From contig JBNMHB010000001.1 of assembly GCA_050872525.1 (NCBI GenBank), positions 10,210 to 74,209 on the forward strand: 64,000 nucleotides of DNA, written 5' to 3'. A model generated the notes under the pieces. It was given only the letters and a program-made list of their open reading frames with translations. It was not told the DNA's origin and searched no databases. Numbering within the stretch: position 1 is the first letter of the stretch; each line of letters starts with the position of its first letter. Shown here in pieces: positions 53,756 to 61,978 of this stretch. Source of the DNA: Bacteroidales bacterium. Lineage in GTDB: Bacteria; Bacteroidota; Bacteroidia; Bacteroidales; Paludibacteraceae. The position numbers were made by a program, and so were the translations under genes.

Positions 53756-53763
53756 TACCTTTG
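53756..53763 (+). promoter_or_regulatory. -7 promoter box TACCTTTG for the 53816 gene
   Basis: It matches TAnnTTTG and lies about 53 nt upstream of the ATG. Confidence 0.5.
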
Positions 53764-53815
53764 CACACCTGTTTGGTAAAGCCGATAAACAAGAAAATGT
53801 TTAATACTTATACTT

Positions 53816-54391
53816 ATGAATGCTATCCTTTCATACTTGCTGAATGCTGCCCCCGAAATTGCATTGGCACTGATAATAGGTTTCATCGCTTGGAAAGTTT
53901 CCAAGAGACTCACAAAAACGGACAGCCACTTCACCAAAATAGACGATGCCATATCCGGATTGCAAAAGGATGTAACAGACATCAAAAATGATTTGTCTGA
54001 TGTGCAACTTTTCATCACATCGAAATACCCTACGGCATTAGGCATGTTTGTTACAAAAAACAGCCCTTTGGCACTCAATGAGTTCGGCAAAAAACTATAC
54101 GAAGAGTGTGGAGGCAAGTCTTTCTTGGAAGCGAACCAAGTATTGCTCCTCAAGAAAATCGAAGAGAAATATCCCAAAACAGCACTTGATGTGGAGACCT
54201 ATGCCAAAGAAGTACTGTTCTCGCTCACCCAAAACGATATATTCAATACCATTAAGGTGTGGGTGTACAATAGTCCTGCATGGAAGATTGGCGATAAAGA
54301 TTATACCATAACGCTTGGTGATGTTTGCTTCGTTTTAAGTATTCCTCTACGGGACAAATACCTGTCGCTACATCCCGAAATCGCACAATAG
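53816..54391 (+). CDS. Membrane-anchored hypothetical protein (191 aa), stand-alone moron
   Basis: The N-terminal TM helix is APEIALALIIGFIAWKV. A short coiled coil and a globular C-terminal domain follow. It has its own promoter and terminator, and the segment is AT-rich. Confidence 0.6.
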   Translation: MNAILSYLLNAAPEIALALIIGFIAWKVSKRLTKTDSHFTKIDDAISGLQKDVTDIKNDLSDVQLFITSKYPTALGMFVTKNSPLALNEFGKKLYEECGGKSFLEANQVLLLKKIEEKYPKTALDVETYAKEVLFSLTQNDIFNTIKVWVYNSPAWKIGDKDYTITLGDVCFVLSIPLRDKYLSLHPEIAQ

Positions 54392-54410
54392 TAGTCGTGC
54401 ATATTGCTTT

Positions 54411-54446
54411 AACAGGGTGCATCACGTGAATCTGATGCACCCTGTT
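54411..54446. terminator. Bidirectional stem-loop terminator between convergent genes
   Basis: A 13-bp perfect stem, aacagggtgcatc (54411-54423) pairing with gatgcaccctgtt (54434-54446), is followed by TTTAT. Confidence 0.6.
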
Positions 54447-54477
54447 TTATGCTTGTATCCCAATACAGAAAGCCAAT

Positions 54478-54879
54478 CTACCTCGGCGCAACAGGCTTCT
54501 GAAGAAATCGCAACAGAGGAAGAAACTTCCAATGAAACAACATCGGAAAATGCTCCGCACTGAACCGCAGCCTTTTCAAAAACACCCGCATCGAATAGAA
54601 CTGCCGCGTGCTCTCTATGTAGCACAACTCCCGCCATAGCCGCTCCGTCTCTGTCAGTGCCTCCTCGCACAACGCCACCAACTCCCGCCGAGAACTCGGT
54701 CGCCCAAAGCGGTCTATCCAATCGTACCCGTCTGCGTGCAGCAGCACGTGATACCGCACCACCCAGCGCAATTCATACTCTTGCACGCTCTTCACCGCCA
54801 TGTTGTTCTCATAACACCGCGTCCGCTCAAACAACGCCAACGCTTGCCGGTAAGCCCGTATCCAATTCCGTATCTTCAT
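54478..54879 (-). CDS. Hypothetical protein (133 aa), basic and Arg/Leu-rich
   Basis: This is the longest ORF in a higher-GC patch, convergent with 53816..54391. No motif recognised. Alternative frames exist (54422..54721 minus and 54657..54881 plus), so the coding call is tentative. Confidence 0.4.
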   Translation of the reverse strand: MKIRNWIRAYRQALALFERTRCYENNMAVKSVQEYELRWVVRYHVLLHADGYDWIDRFGRPSSRRELVALCEEALTETERLWRELCYIESTRQFYSMRVFLKRLRFSAEHFPMLFHWKFLPLLRFLQKPVAPR

Positions 54880-55062
54880 AACCCTATATGCTCATATCAT
54901 TGATTATCGTCTTCCTCATCGTATGTACATCCCCCGCCTTTACCACCCGCGGCACACCCATCTTCTTGTAGCAGAAATGGAAATAATATCAAAAACAAAC
55001 ATAAATTATCAATAATACACACAAAAGTACAAATAACAATTTGATATATCCGAATTTTTTAC

Positions 55063-55070
55063 TACTTTTG
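55063..55070 (+). promoter_or_regulatory. -7 promoter box TACTTTTG
   Basis: It matches TAnnTTTG and lies about 360 nt upstream of the DUF4248-like gene. A possible 46-codon ORF (55097..55237) and a G-poor leader follow. Confidence 0.35.
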
Positions 55071-55428
55071 TGCCTAGATCATATATATTCACAACTATGG
55101 CAAAAATAACAATTCCCCTATCTGTTCCTTTGTTATGCAAAAATATCTTAATACTCTCACCTCCCTCCTTCCACCGAAGGAACTCCGAACCAACTCCGAA
55201 GGAACTCTGCAGCAAATCCGCCATAAATAACCACTAATTTTTAATCAATTTTCATAAATAAATCGTAAATCAAGTATTGTCTCTTAGCAGGGCGATACCA
55301 TCGCCCGCCCTAACCCCTCAACTTTCAACTAATCAACTCCGGTCAACCACCCATAAAACTCCCAAACTAATCAACTAATCAACTCTAAAAACTTCTCTCA
55401 ACTTTCAACCCTAAACTCTCAACTGAAA

Positions 55429-55620
55429 ATGAAATCCTACACAAAATCCCAACTTGCCTGTTTCGCAGGCGTCTCCACCGACACCTTCCGCCGCTGGCTA
55501 CAATCCGACACCGCCTACCTCACTGCCCAAGGCATCACACCCCGCACCAAACTTCTCCCACCCCAAGTCGTCACCTACCTCGCCAACAAATACGCCATCG
55601 ACCTACCGCACAAACCATAA
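55429..55620 (+). CDS. DUF4248-like small HTH protein (63 aa)
   Basis: YTKSQLACFAGVSTDTFRRWLQSD...LPPQVVTYLANKY matches the Bacteroidales DUF4248 layout. This family assignment is from memory. Confidence 0.55.
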   Translation: MKSYTKSQLACFAGVSTDTFRRWLQSDTAYLTAQGITPRTKLLPPQVVTYLANKYAIDLPHKP

Positions 55621-55738
55621 TGACAGCGAAATTTCTTATTAGGATTTGTTAATTAAAGGCGTATGTAATATGCTTATATATAGTATATTATAGATGTCGT
55701 AAGAATACATCTGATTTGCACGCGTCGCATTTTTTTAT

Positions 55739-55746
55739 TATCTTTG
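55739..55746 (+). promoter_or_regulatory. -7 promoter box TATCTTTG upstream of the R-M gene
   Basis: It matches TAnnTTTG and is followed by a roughly 285-nt leader before the ATG at 56033. Confidence 0.45.
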
Positions 55747-56032
55747 CACCCATAATTGATAAATTGATAGCGTATGACATAGAGTAATATCGCAGACAAA
55801 TAATCTAATCTTGGGCTTTAGGCTCTTATTCTCTTCACGGAAATCTGGAAAATTTAAGTCAATGAGAATAAGCGTATGAAGTTCACGCTCTTGAGCGTGG
55901 GCATTTCGTGCTTATTATTGACAGGTATTCCAGAACCTCCGTGAAAGTAAGTGTAGCGAAATCCTCTCGCTCTTTTGTTTTGAGATAAGTGCAAGCCCTA
56001 AATCATTAATTGCAACTCATTTCAAAACAAAA

Positions 56033-58537
56033 ATGGAACTTAACAATAAGGACGGGTATATTACCGATTATATCTCCGGTATCCAAGTCAAAGCAACACC
56101 CGAAGAACTTGACGCAGTACAGGTCTTTGCTAAACAACTTGTCGAAGATTATGGATATCCAAAACATTTTATACAAACGCGACCGCAATATCGCGTCAAA
56201 GCCTCACCGTCTGATACATCAAAAACATATCCGGTTGATATCATTGTCTTCTCCGCAGAGCAACACGTAGAAGACAATGAGTACATTATCGTAGAATGTA
56301 AAAAGAAAACAAAAAAAGACGGACAAACACAATTGCAAGACTATCTGAGACTTAGTCGTGCAACGCTTGGAGTTTGGTTTAATGGCAAAGAACGAATATT
56401 CTTGAAAAAGATAGAACACAATGGAAAAGTTATATTTGATACTATTCCCAACATCCCACGGTTCGGACAACGGCTTGAGGATATGGGACAGTTCCTGCGA
56501 CGGGATTTGCAACCAACCCATAACCTCAAGATAATTTTCAATTCCATCCGTTGTTACCTCGCAGGAAATGCGGTTGGAACCACAATGGATCAGACTATCG
56601 CACAACAAATCATTAACATCATTTTTTGCAAAATTTATGATGAACGTTTTACTGAACCGGATGAACCCGTTTCGTTTAGAGTCGGTATTGACGAAGATAC
56701 AAAACTCATTAAGCAGCGTATCGATGAACTATTCGTAAAAGTAAAAACCAAATATACCGAAGTCATTGAAATTGCTGACAAAATCTCATTGGATAGCGAT
56801 AGTTTGGTATATGTCGTGGGCGAATTGCAAAATTATTGTCTTATCGAAGCAGAGAGAGATGTCATCGCAGATGCATTTGAAACTTTCATTCAATATACAC
56901 TGAAGGGAAGTCTGGGACAATTCTTTACACCTCGCAACATCGTTCGGCTTATTGTCGAAATTGTTAAACCACAACCCAATGAAATACTTATAGACCCTGC
57001 ATGCGGTTCGGGCGGTTTCCTCATTGAAAGCATGAAATATATGTGGAATGTATTGGCAGAGCAAGATAAGAAATATCATTGGGGAACACCTTCCTTGATT
57101 GAAGAACAAAAAAGTTGTGCTATCAAATCCATTCGCGGAATTGAGAAAGATGCTTTTCTTGCCAAAGTGACAAAGGCTTATATGGCTATCTTGGGAGATG
57201 GCAAGAGTGGCATCTTCTGTGAAGATGCTTTGGCAAAACCAACCGATTGGGCTATACCAACACAACAATCTGTCGGAATGAATCGTTTTGATGTTTTGTT
57301 AGCCAACCCGCCTTTTGGCAAGGATATTAAAGTGGCAGGTGAAGACAAACTCGGACAATATGACCTCGCACATAATTGGAAAAGCATAGATAATGGATTT
57401 GAAATGCAACCTTCTTTGAAAAAAGAAGAAAATATACAGATTATCTATGTGGAACGTTGCCTGAAACTTCTTCGGGAGGGGGGCAGATTGGGCTTGATTA
57501 TGCCCGAAACATATTTCCATGCTCCACGTACAAAGTACATACTCAATTACCTTACCGATAACAATAATATAACATGGCTCATAGATTTACCGCACAACAC
57601 GTTCAGGCCGCACAATAATGCCAAATGTATCGTTGTTATCCTTGAAAAAGGAAAAAAACAGCAAGCATATATCAATATGGCTGTAGCCGAACAAATGGGG
57701 CATGACCACCAAGGAAAAGAAATGTATCGGTGGAATTATGCAACCAATGCTGTCGATAAAAAACAAATTTGGGATGACATCCCTCTTATTCTAAACGAAT
57801 TTCACAACAACAACTTTTCAAAATACTGTTTCCAAGTTTCAAGCCAACAAGTCCTTTCCAAAGGTATCTTGGTTCCACGATACTATTGGCAAAATAGATT
57901 GAACGAAATACAAACCATCGCCGCTTCCCGAAATTTTACCTTGATACCGATAAGCACACTGATAAAAGAAGGCGTAATTTCCTATTTCGACGGACACGGC
58001 TCGCCGGAAGCGGAAACGAAAGGAAAAGGGGAAATCCCGTATATCAGGGTTAAGGATATTGTTAATTGGGAAATATATAAAGACCCAACCTCCAAAATCC
58101 CCAAAGAAGTCTACCTGGCACTCAAACAAACAGGGAAAAAAGACTTGCAGGTAGGAGATATCGCCTATGTCAGACGGGGAAGTTATCGTATCGGGAGTGT
58201 TGCAATGGTTTCGCCATTTGACATTGAAGCATTATATACTCGTGAAATCTTGATTTTGCGAGTCAATCCTGACAATAAATACGGGCTTACACCATATTAT
58301 TTGCTCTATCTGCTTTCACATAGGCTTACGCAATTGCAGGCTTCCAACAAAATACTTATTGAAACTACTTTGCCTAATATAGCGGATAGATGGCAGGAAC
58401 TGGAATTGCCTGTCAATAATGACAAGCAAAAGATTACAGATATTAGTAATCGCATCAAGTCTGTTATGGATAACAAATGGAATGCCATTGAGCAAATCCA
58501 TAAATTATGTACTGATTTGGGAGACCTGACCACATAA
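56033..58537 (+). CDS. Single-polypeptide Type IIG/IIC-like restriction-modification enzyme: N-terminal PD-(D/E)xK nuclease, N6-adenine methyltransferase and C-terminal target-recognition domain (834 aa)
   Basis: The N-terminus is like HSDR_N, with PVDIIVF...IIVECKKK (D...ExK). MTase motif I is LIDPACGSGGFL and motif IV is LANPPFG. The C-terminal roughly 250 aa resemble half of an HsdS TRD. Confidence 0.75.
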   Translation: MELNNKDGYITDYISGIQVKATPEELDAVQVFAKQLVEDYGYPKHFIQTRPQYRVKASPSDTSKTYPVDIIVFSAEQHVEDNEYIIVECKKKTKKDGQTQLQDYLRLSRATLGVWFNGKERIFLKKIEHNGKVIFDTIPNIPRFGQRLEDMGQFLRRDLQPTHNLKIIFNSIRCYLAGNAVGTTMDQTIAQQIINIIFCKIYDERFTEPDEPVSFRVGIDEDTKLIKQRIDELFVKVKTKYTEVIEIADKISLDSDSLVYVVGELQNYCLIEAERDVIADAFETFIQYTLKGSLGQFFTPRNIVRLIVEIVKPQPNEILIDPACGSGGFLIESMKYMWNVLAEQDKKYHWGTPSLIEEQKSCAIKSIRGIEKDAFLAKVTKAYMAILGDGKSGIFCEDALAKPTDWAIPTQQSVGMNRFDVLLANPPFGKDIKVAGEDKLGQYDLAHNWKSIDNGFEMQPSLKKEENIQIIYVERCLKLLREGGRLGLIMPETYFHAPRTKYILNYLTDNNNITWLIDLPHNTFRPHNNAKCIVVILEKGKKQQAYINMAVAEQMGHDHQGKEMYRWNYATNAVDKKQIWDDIPLILNEFHNNNFSKYCFQVSSQQVLSKGILVPRYYWQNRLNEIQTIAASRNFTLIPISTLIKEGVISYFDGHGSPEAETKGKGEIPYIRVKDIVNWEIYKDPTSKIPKEVYLALKQTGKKDLQVGDIAYVRRGSYRIGSVAMVSPFDIEALYTREILILRVNPDNKYGLTPYYLLYLLSHRLTQLQASNKILIETTLPNIADRWQELELPVNNDKQKITDISNRIKSVMDNKWNAIEQIHKLCTDLGDLTT

Positions 58538-58545
58538 CACACGTA

Positions 58546-58581
58546 AAAATAGGAAAATTTGTGCAAAATTTTCCTATTTTT
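58546..58581 (+). terminator. Intrinsic terminator after the R-M gene
   Basis: A 14-bp perfect stem, aaaataggaaaatt (58546-58559) pairing with aattttcctatttt (58567-58580), runs into a T tract. Confidence 0.6.
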
Positions 58582-58615
58582 GCGTATACGGCTTGCTCAT
58601 CCCGCTAAAAATCTG

Positions 58616-58623
58616 TACCTTTG
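58616..58623 (+). promoter_or_regulatory. -7 promoter box TACCTTTG for the fic gene
   Basis: It matches TAnnTTTG and lies about 42 nt upstream of the ATG at 58665. Confidence 0.5.
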
Positions 58624-58664
58624 TCGCCGTTAATTAAGGACTAACCGCAAAAATCGCTCAACGA

Positions 58665-59996
58665 ATGTTCATTCAAAATCCTCCATCACAACAACGGCAA
58701 GAACAATTGTTCCAACAGGCAGTGGACCTGCTCGCAAACGACAGTATACGGACACTCGTACAGAAAATCAATAACGATTATCTCTATTGGGACAAAGTAA
58801 AATACCTCTGTCCCAACGGTATCAATCCCGAAACGCTCTGGACGGCGGTTTGTATCTCACGAAGTCTGAATGTTAAAATTCTGCAATTTGGCAACTTGTC
58901 AGTCTGCTTCACCCTTACCGACAAGATGATGCAACTGCTCAACCTTTTCGACCTCAATATAGGCGGCACATTGGGTACAAAAAGCCTTATCCCAGAAAAC
59001 GACAAAAACTACTACCTCATCAGCAGTATCATGGAGGAGGCTATCGCCAGCAGCCAAATGGAAGGAGCAAGCACCACCCGAAAAGTCGCAAAGGACATGT
59101 TGCGGACACAGCAAAAGCCAAAAAACAAAAGCCAACAAATGATAGCCAACAACTATCAAACCATACAGTACTTGTCCCGACACCGCAACGAACCGTTTTC
59201 CGTGGAGCAACTGCAAACGGTACACCACTTGATTACGGAGCACACGCTTGACAAAGCGGAAGATGAGGGACGACTGCGGGATAACGATAATATCGTTGTC
59301 CAAGATGCCATTACAGGGGACATCGCACATGTACCACCACAAGCCACTGACATTGATGCTATGCTCAAAGACCTTTGCCATTTTGCCGACAATGACGACA
59401 CCGAAAATTTCATACACCCCATCATAAAGGCGATAATCATCCACTTTATGCTGGCATATATTCACCCGTTTGTGGACGGAAACGGACGTACCGCACGCTC
59501 GCTCTTCTATTGGTATATGCTTCGGCACGGCTACTACCTTATGGAGTACCTCAGTATATCGCGCGTCATCTACAGAAGCAAAAAAAGTTATGAGAAATCG
59601 TTTCTCCAAACAGAAGCCGACGGGCTGGATATGTCCTACTTTATCCTGTACAACTTGGAAGCAATGAAGCAAGCATTTGAAGACCTAAAAGGCTACCTCC
59701 AACGCAAAATGGCAGAACATAACGACACCGCACGCTATCTGCACATCGGACATATCAACGCACGGCAAGCCAAGTTGTTACAGCAGTTCGCCTCAAAACC
59801 CGACAAAGTCATTCTTGCAAAAGAAATCGCCTTGCAGTATGGCATAACTTCTGTTACTGCCCGAACCGACTTGCAGGGACTTGTACGAATGGGCTTGTTT
59901 GTGGAGGTTCCTCTCAATGGTAAAACCACAGCCTATATGGTGGCTCCTGATTGCTGGCAACGTGTTGAGGCTCTAATCACCCGCAAATCGCAGTAA
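58665..59996 (+). CDS. Fic/DOC-family protein (AMPylase-type) with C-terminal winged-helix domain (443 aa)
   Basis: The canonical Fic motif HPFVDGNGRTARS (HxFx[DE]GNGRxxR) is present. There is an N-terminal Fic_N-like region, and the C-terminus has QYGITSVTARTDLQGLVRMGL (wHTH). Confidence 0.85.
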   Translation: MFIQNPPSQQRQEQLFQQAVDLLANDSIRTLVQKINNDYLYWDKVKYLCPNGINPETLWTAVCISRSLNVKILQFGNLSVCFTLTDKMMQLLNLFDLNIGGTLGTKSLIPENDKNYYLISSIMEEAIASSQMEGASTTRKVAKDMLRTQQKPKNKSQQMIANNYQTIQYLSRHRNEPFSVEQLQTVHHLITEHTLDKAEDEGRLRDNDNIVVQDAITGDIAHVPPQATDIDAMLKDLCHFADNDDTENFIHPIIKAIIIHFMLAYIHPFVDGNGRTARSLFYWYMLRHGYYLMEYLSISRVIYRSKKSYEKSFLQTEADGLDMSYFILYNLEAMKQAFEDLKGYLQRKMAEHNDTARYLHIGHINARQAKLLQQFASKPDKVILAKEIALQYGITSVTARTDLQGLVRMGLFVEVPLNGKTTAYMVAPDCWQRVEALITRKSQ

Positions 59997-60054
59997 ATAC
60001 TCGCAAATCGCCGCAAACACCCGCACAAACCCTTACCATAATTCCCAAACACAC

Positions 60055-60062
60055 TACCTTTG
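60055..60062 (+). promoter_or_regulatory. -7 promoter box TACCTTTG, exact copy of the early promoter core at 25183
   Basis: It lies within the 19-mer acactacctttgcaccgtc (60051-60069), which is identical to 25179-25197. Confidence 0.5.
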
Positions 60063-60308
60063 CACCGTCTTTCGAAAGAATGGCGGTGCTTTTGTTTCCG
60101 CCACATCGCAAACAAGGCTCGCGATGTCAAAGAAACTGCCCAAAAACCTAAACTGAAAACTTTTCGCCCACCACGGCGACAACGTGTAACCAACAACGCA
60201 AAGCCACTAACGTTCGCAACAGCGAACCATTTACGTGAGCAACGCGAACCACCTACACGCAGTAACTTACACGCAGTCACCAACGTGAGCGAAGCGAACC
60301 AAAAAATT

Positions 60309-60614
60309 ATGTCCAAAATCAAACTCGAAGTCCCCTTCCAATCATTCAGGGGCAAAGTCTGCAAACACTCGCAGATTATCTTCAAGCAGATGTACGGCAC
60401 ACGCTTTACCTCCCAAATCTGCAACCCCTACACGGGCGCACCTTCCGAAGCGCAGACCGCACAGAAAACCAAATTCAAAAACGCGCAAACGGCTATGCAA
60501 GCCCTCACCACGCAGGAGCGTGCCGCTTATGCCGCTGCGTTCAAAAAGAACCCCGGCAAGTACTGCACACTCAACGGCTACATCCTCGCACAAGAACTCG
60601 CCAAATTGAGTTAA
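60309..60614 (+). CDS. Small hypothetical protein (101 aa from MSKIKLEVPF), paralogue of 60852..61178
   Basis: This is the internal Met of ORF 60060..60614. The upstream part of that ORF begins inside the promoter box, so it is unlikely to be coding. It shares the pattern M(S/A)K(I/V)...SGK(V/I)xK(H/Q)S(Q/R)I ... TQxT(K/R)F ... AAFK with the next gene. Confidence 0.5.
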   Translation: MSKIKLEVPFQSFRGKVCKHSQIIFKQMYGTRFTSQICNPYTGAPSEAQTAQKTKFKNAQTAMQALTTQERAAYAAAFKKNPGKYCTLNGYILAQELAKLS

Positions 60615-60623
60615 ACGGCATTT

Positions 60624-60807
60624 GTTGAGTGTTGAGAGTTTAGAGCAGTTTATACGTTAAGGAGTTTATCAGTTTATGCATCGTTGAAAAAGTTAATACA
60701 TTGCAAAGTTAAACCAATCAACCACCTAAACCTTATAAACTACGTATCAACCCATCAACTTATAAACTTATAAACTCAACAACTGCTCTCAACTCTCAAC
60801 TCTCAAC
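60624..60807. repeat. Long imperfect palindrome (25-nt arms with 23/25 complementary, about 134-nt spacer) followed by a (caactat)n tandem repeat
   Basis: The reverse complement of gttgagtgttgagagtttagagcag (60624-60648) is ctgctctaaactctcaacactcaac. It faces ctgctctcaactctcaactctcaac (60783-60807). Inner agtttat and ataaact words are also mirrored. The caactat repeat has about 3.7 copies at 60814-60840. Confidence 0.6.
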
Positions 60808-60851
60808 TTCTTTCAACTATCAACTATCAACTATCAACTAAAAACGCAACT

Positions 60852-61178
60852 ATGGCTAAAGTAACCTATCTCGACCCGATTGACCACCTCTCGGGCAAAA
60901 TCTCCAAACAGTCACGCATCACCTATATGCACCGCACCGCTGCCACCGCCAACACCGGCACGCCCGATTTCACCCACGTATGCGGCACCCGCACCACCGC
61001 ACCCACACAGTCCGAAATCACGCAACGCACCCGCTTCGGACAAATCTGTAAGACCACCCGACAACGCTTGCAGGACGCATCCAAAATGTCCGCCGATATC
61101 GCCGCTTTCAAAGCACAGCGACAATACACCACCCTCTACCAGTTCGTCTGGCACCAAGTCGCCGACACCATCGGGTAA
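60852..61178 (+). CDS. Small hypothetical protein (108 aa), paralogue of 60309..60614
   Basis: MAKVTYLDPIDHLSGKISKQSRITY...TQRTRFGQ...IAAFKAQRQYTTLYQFVW. It is preceded by a G-depleted leader. Confidence 0.55.
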   Translation: MAKVTYLDPIDHLSGKISKQSRITYMHRTAATANTGTPDFTHVCGTRTTAPTQSEITQRTRFGQICKTTRQRLQDASKMSADIAAFKAQRQYTTLYQFVWHQVADTIG

Positions 61179-61309
61179 AATGACCATCTCCACCTCCCCC
61201 CCCTCAAAGGGGGAGGGCTTTTTAATTGGCTGCACAAGAAAATCATGCCCCTAATGGGAGAAAATTAACGATAAATTAACGGCAATTAACGGAGAACTTA
61301 TTTCCCCCC

Positions 61310-61720
61310 ATGACATCACATCTCACCAAAATACGTATAGCAATTGGAATAGCAATACTCCTCCCGCCCTGCCTGCTGACAGGTTGCAAGACCTGCGAGT
61401 GCCTGCCGAGCGTGGAGTACAGGGACAGCATAGTAACCCGCTACCACCACGACACCATACAGACCTACGCAAAGGACAGTATCTATATCCACCAAAAGGG
61501 CGACACGGTGTGGCGTGAGCGTTGGTCTATCCGCTGGCGGGACAAGACTGTAGAGCGGCACGACACTATCTACTGCGACCAAGAGAAAGAGACGGTGCGG
61601 GTGGAGAAAGTAGTCCCCACGTTCTACCGCACTTGCACGCGCGGTTTTTGGCTGATATTGTCAATTCTCATCGTTGGTGCAGTAGGCAGGATATTGATAC
61701 GAGTGTATTTGAAGAGATAG
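61310..61720 (+). CDS. Lipoprotein with C-terminal TM anchor (136 aa): unimolecular-spanin-like
   Basis: It has a lipobox (LLTGC, Cys26) after a signal sequence, a beta-rich body and a C-terminal helix, GFWLILSILIVGAVGRILI, followed by basic residues. This is the architecture of u-spanins such as T1 gp11. Confidence 0.5.
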   Translation: MTSHLTKIRIAIGIAILLPPCLLTGCKTCECLPSVEYRDSIVTRYHHDTIQTYAKDSIYIHQKGDTVWRERWSIRWRDKTVERHDTIYCDQEKETVRVEKVVPTFYRTCTRGFWLILSILIVGAVGRILIRVYLKR

Positions 61721-61869
61721 TCTTTCGCGGACTACAAAGGCAAAAGCCCGTGCGGAGTTGATAGCCCGCGCGTGGCACAAGACAAAATCGGTCTTTGACA
61801 TATTGAGAATAGTTGCAACTTGTTCCAAAACGGAACAGGTTTACATTTGCATAATCCAAAGAAAAGCAG

Positions 61870-61877
61870 TATCTTTG
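61870..61877 (+). promoter_or_regulatory. -7 promoter box TATCTTTG for rhuM-like gene
   Basis: It matches TAnnTTTG and lies about 100 nt upstream of the start. Confidence 0.45.
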
Positions 61878-61978
61878 CGCAGTTATTCGCTTTCGTGGCT
61901 GTTAGCGTATGCGTGATATACCTCTCTTTGGTCGGTGCAAACAGCCACAACAGGCACTGACCATTGGGAGGTTCTTTA

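Noticed and set aside
58899-59672. 257-aa minus-strand ORF
   Set aside because: It is antisense to the Fic gene, which contains the exact Fic active-site motif.
60060-60308. Full-length 184-aa reading of ORF 60060..60614
   Set aside because: The ATG lies inside the TACCTTTG promoter box. The first 83 codons are Arg/Lys/Pro/Thr-rich and of low complexity, and they coincide with nucleotide-level direct repeats. The paralogue at 60852 aligns only with the part from Met84 onward.
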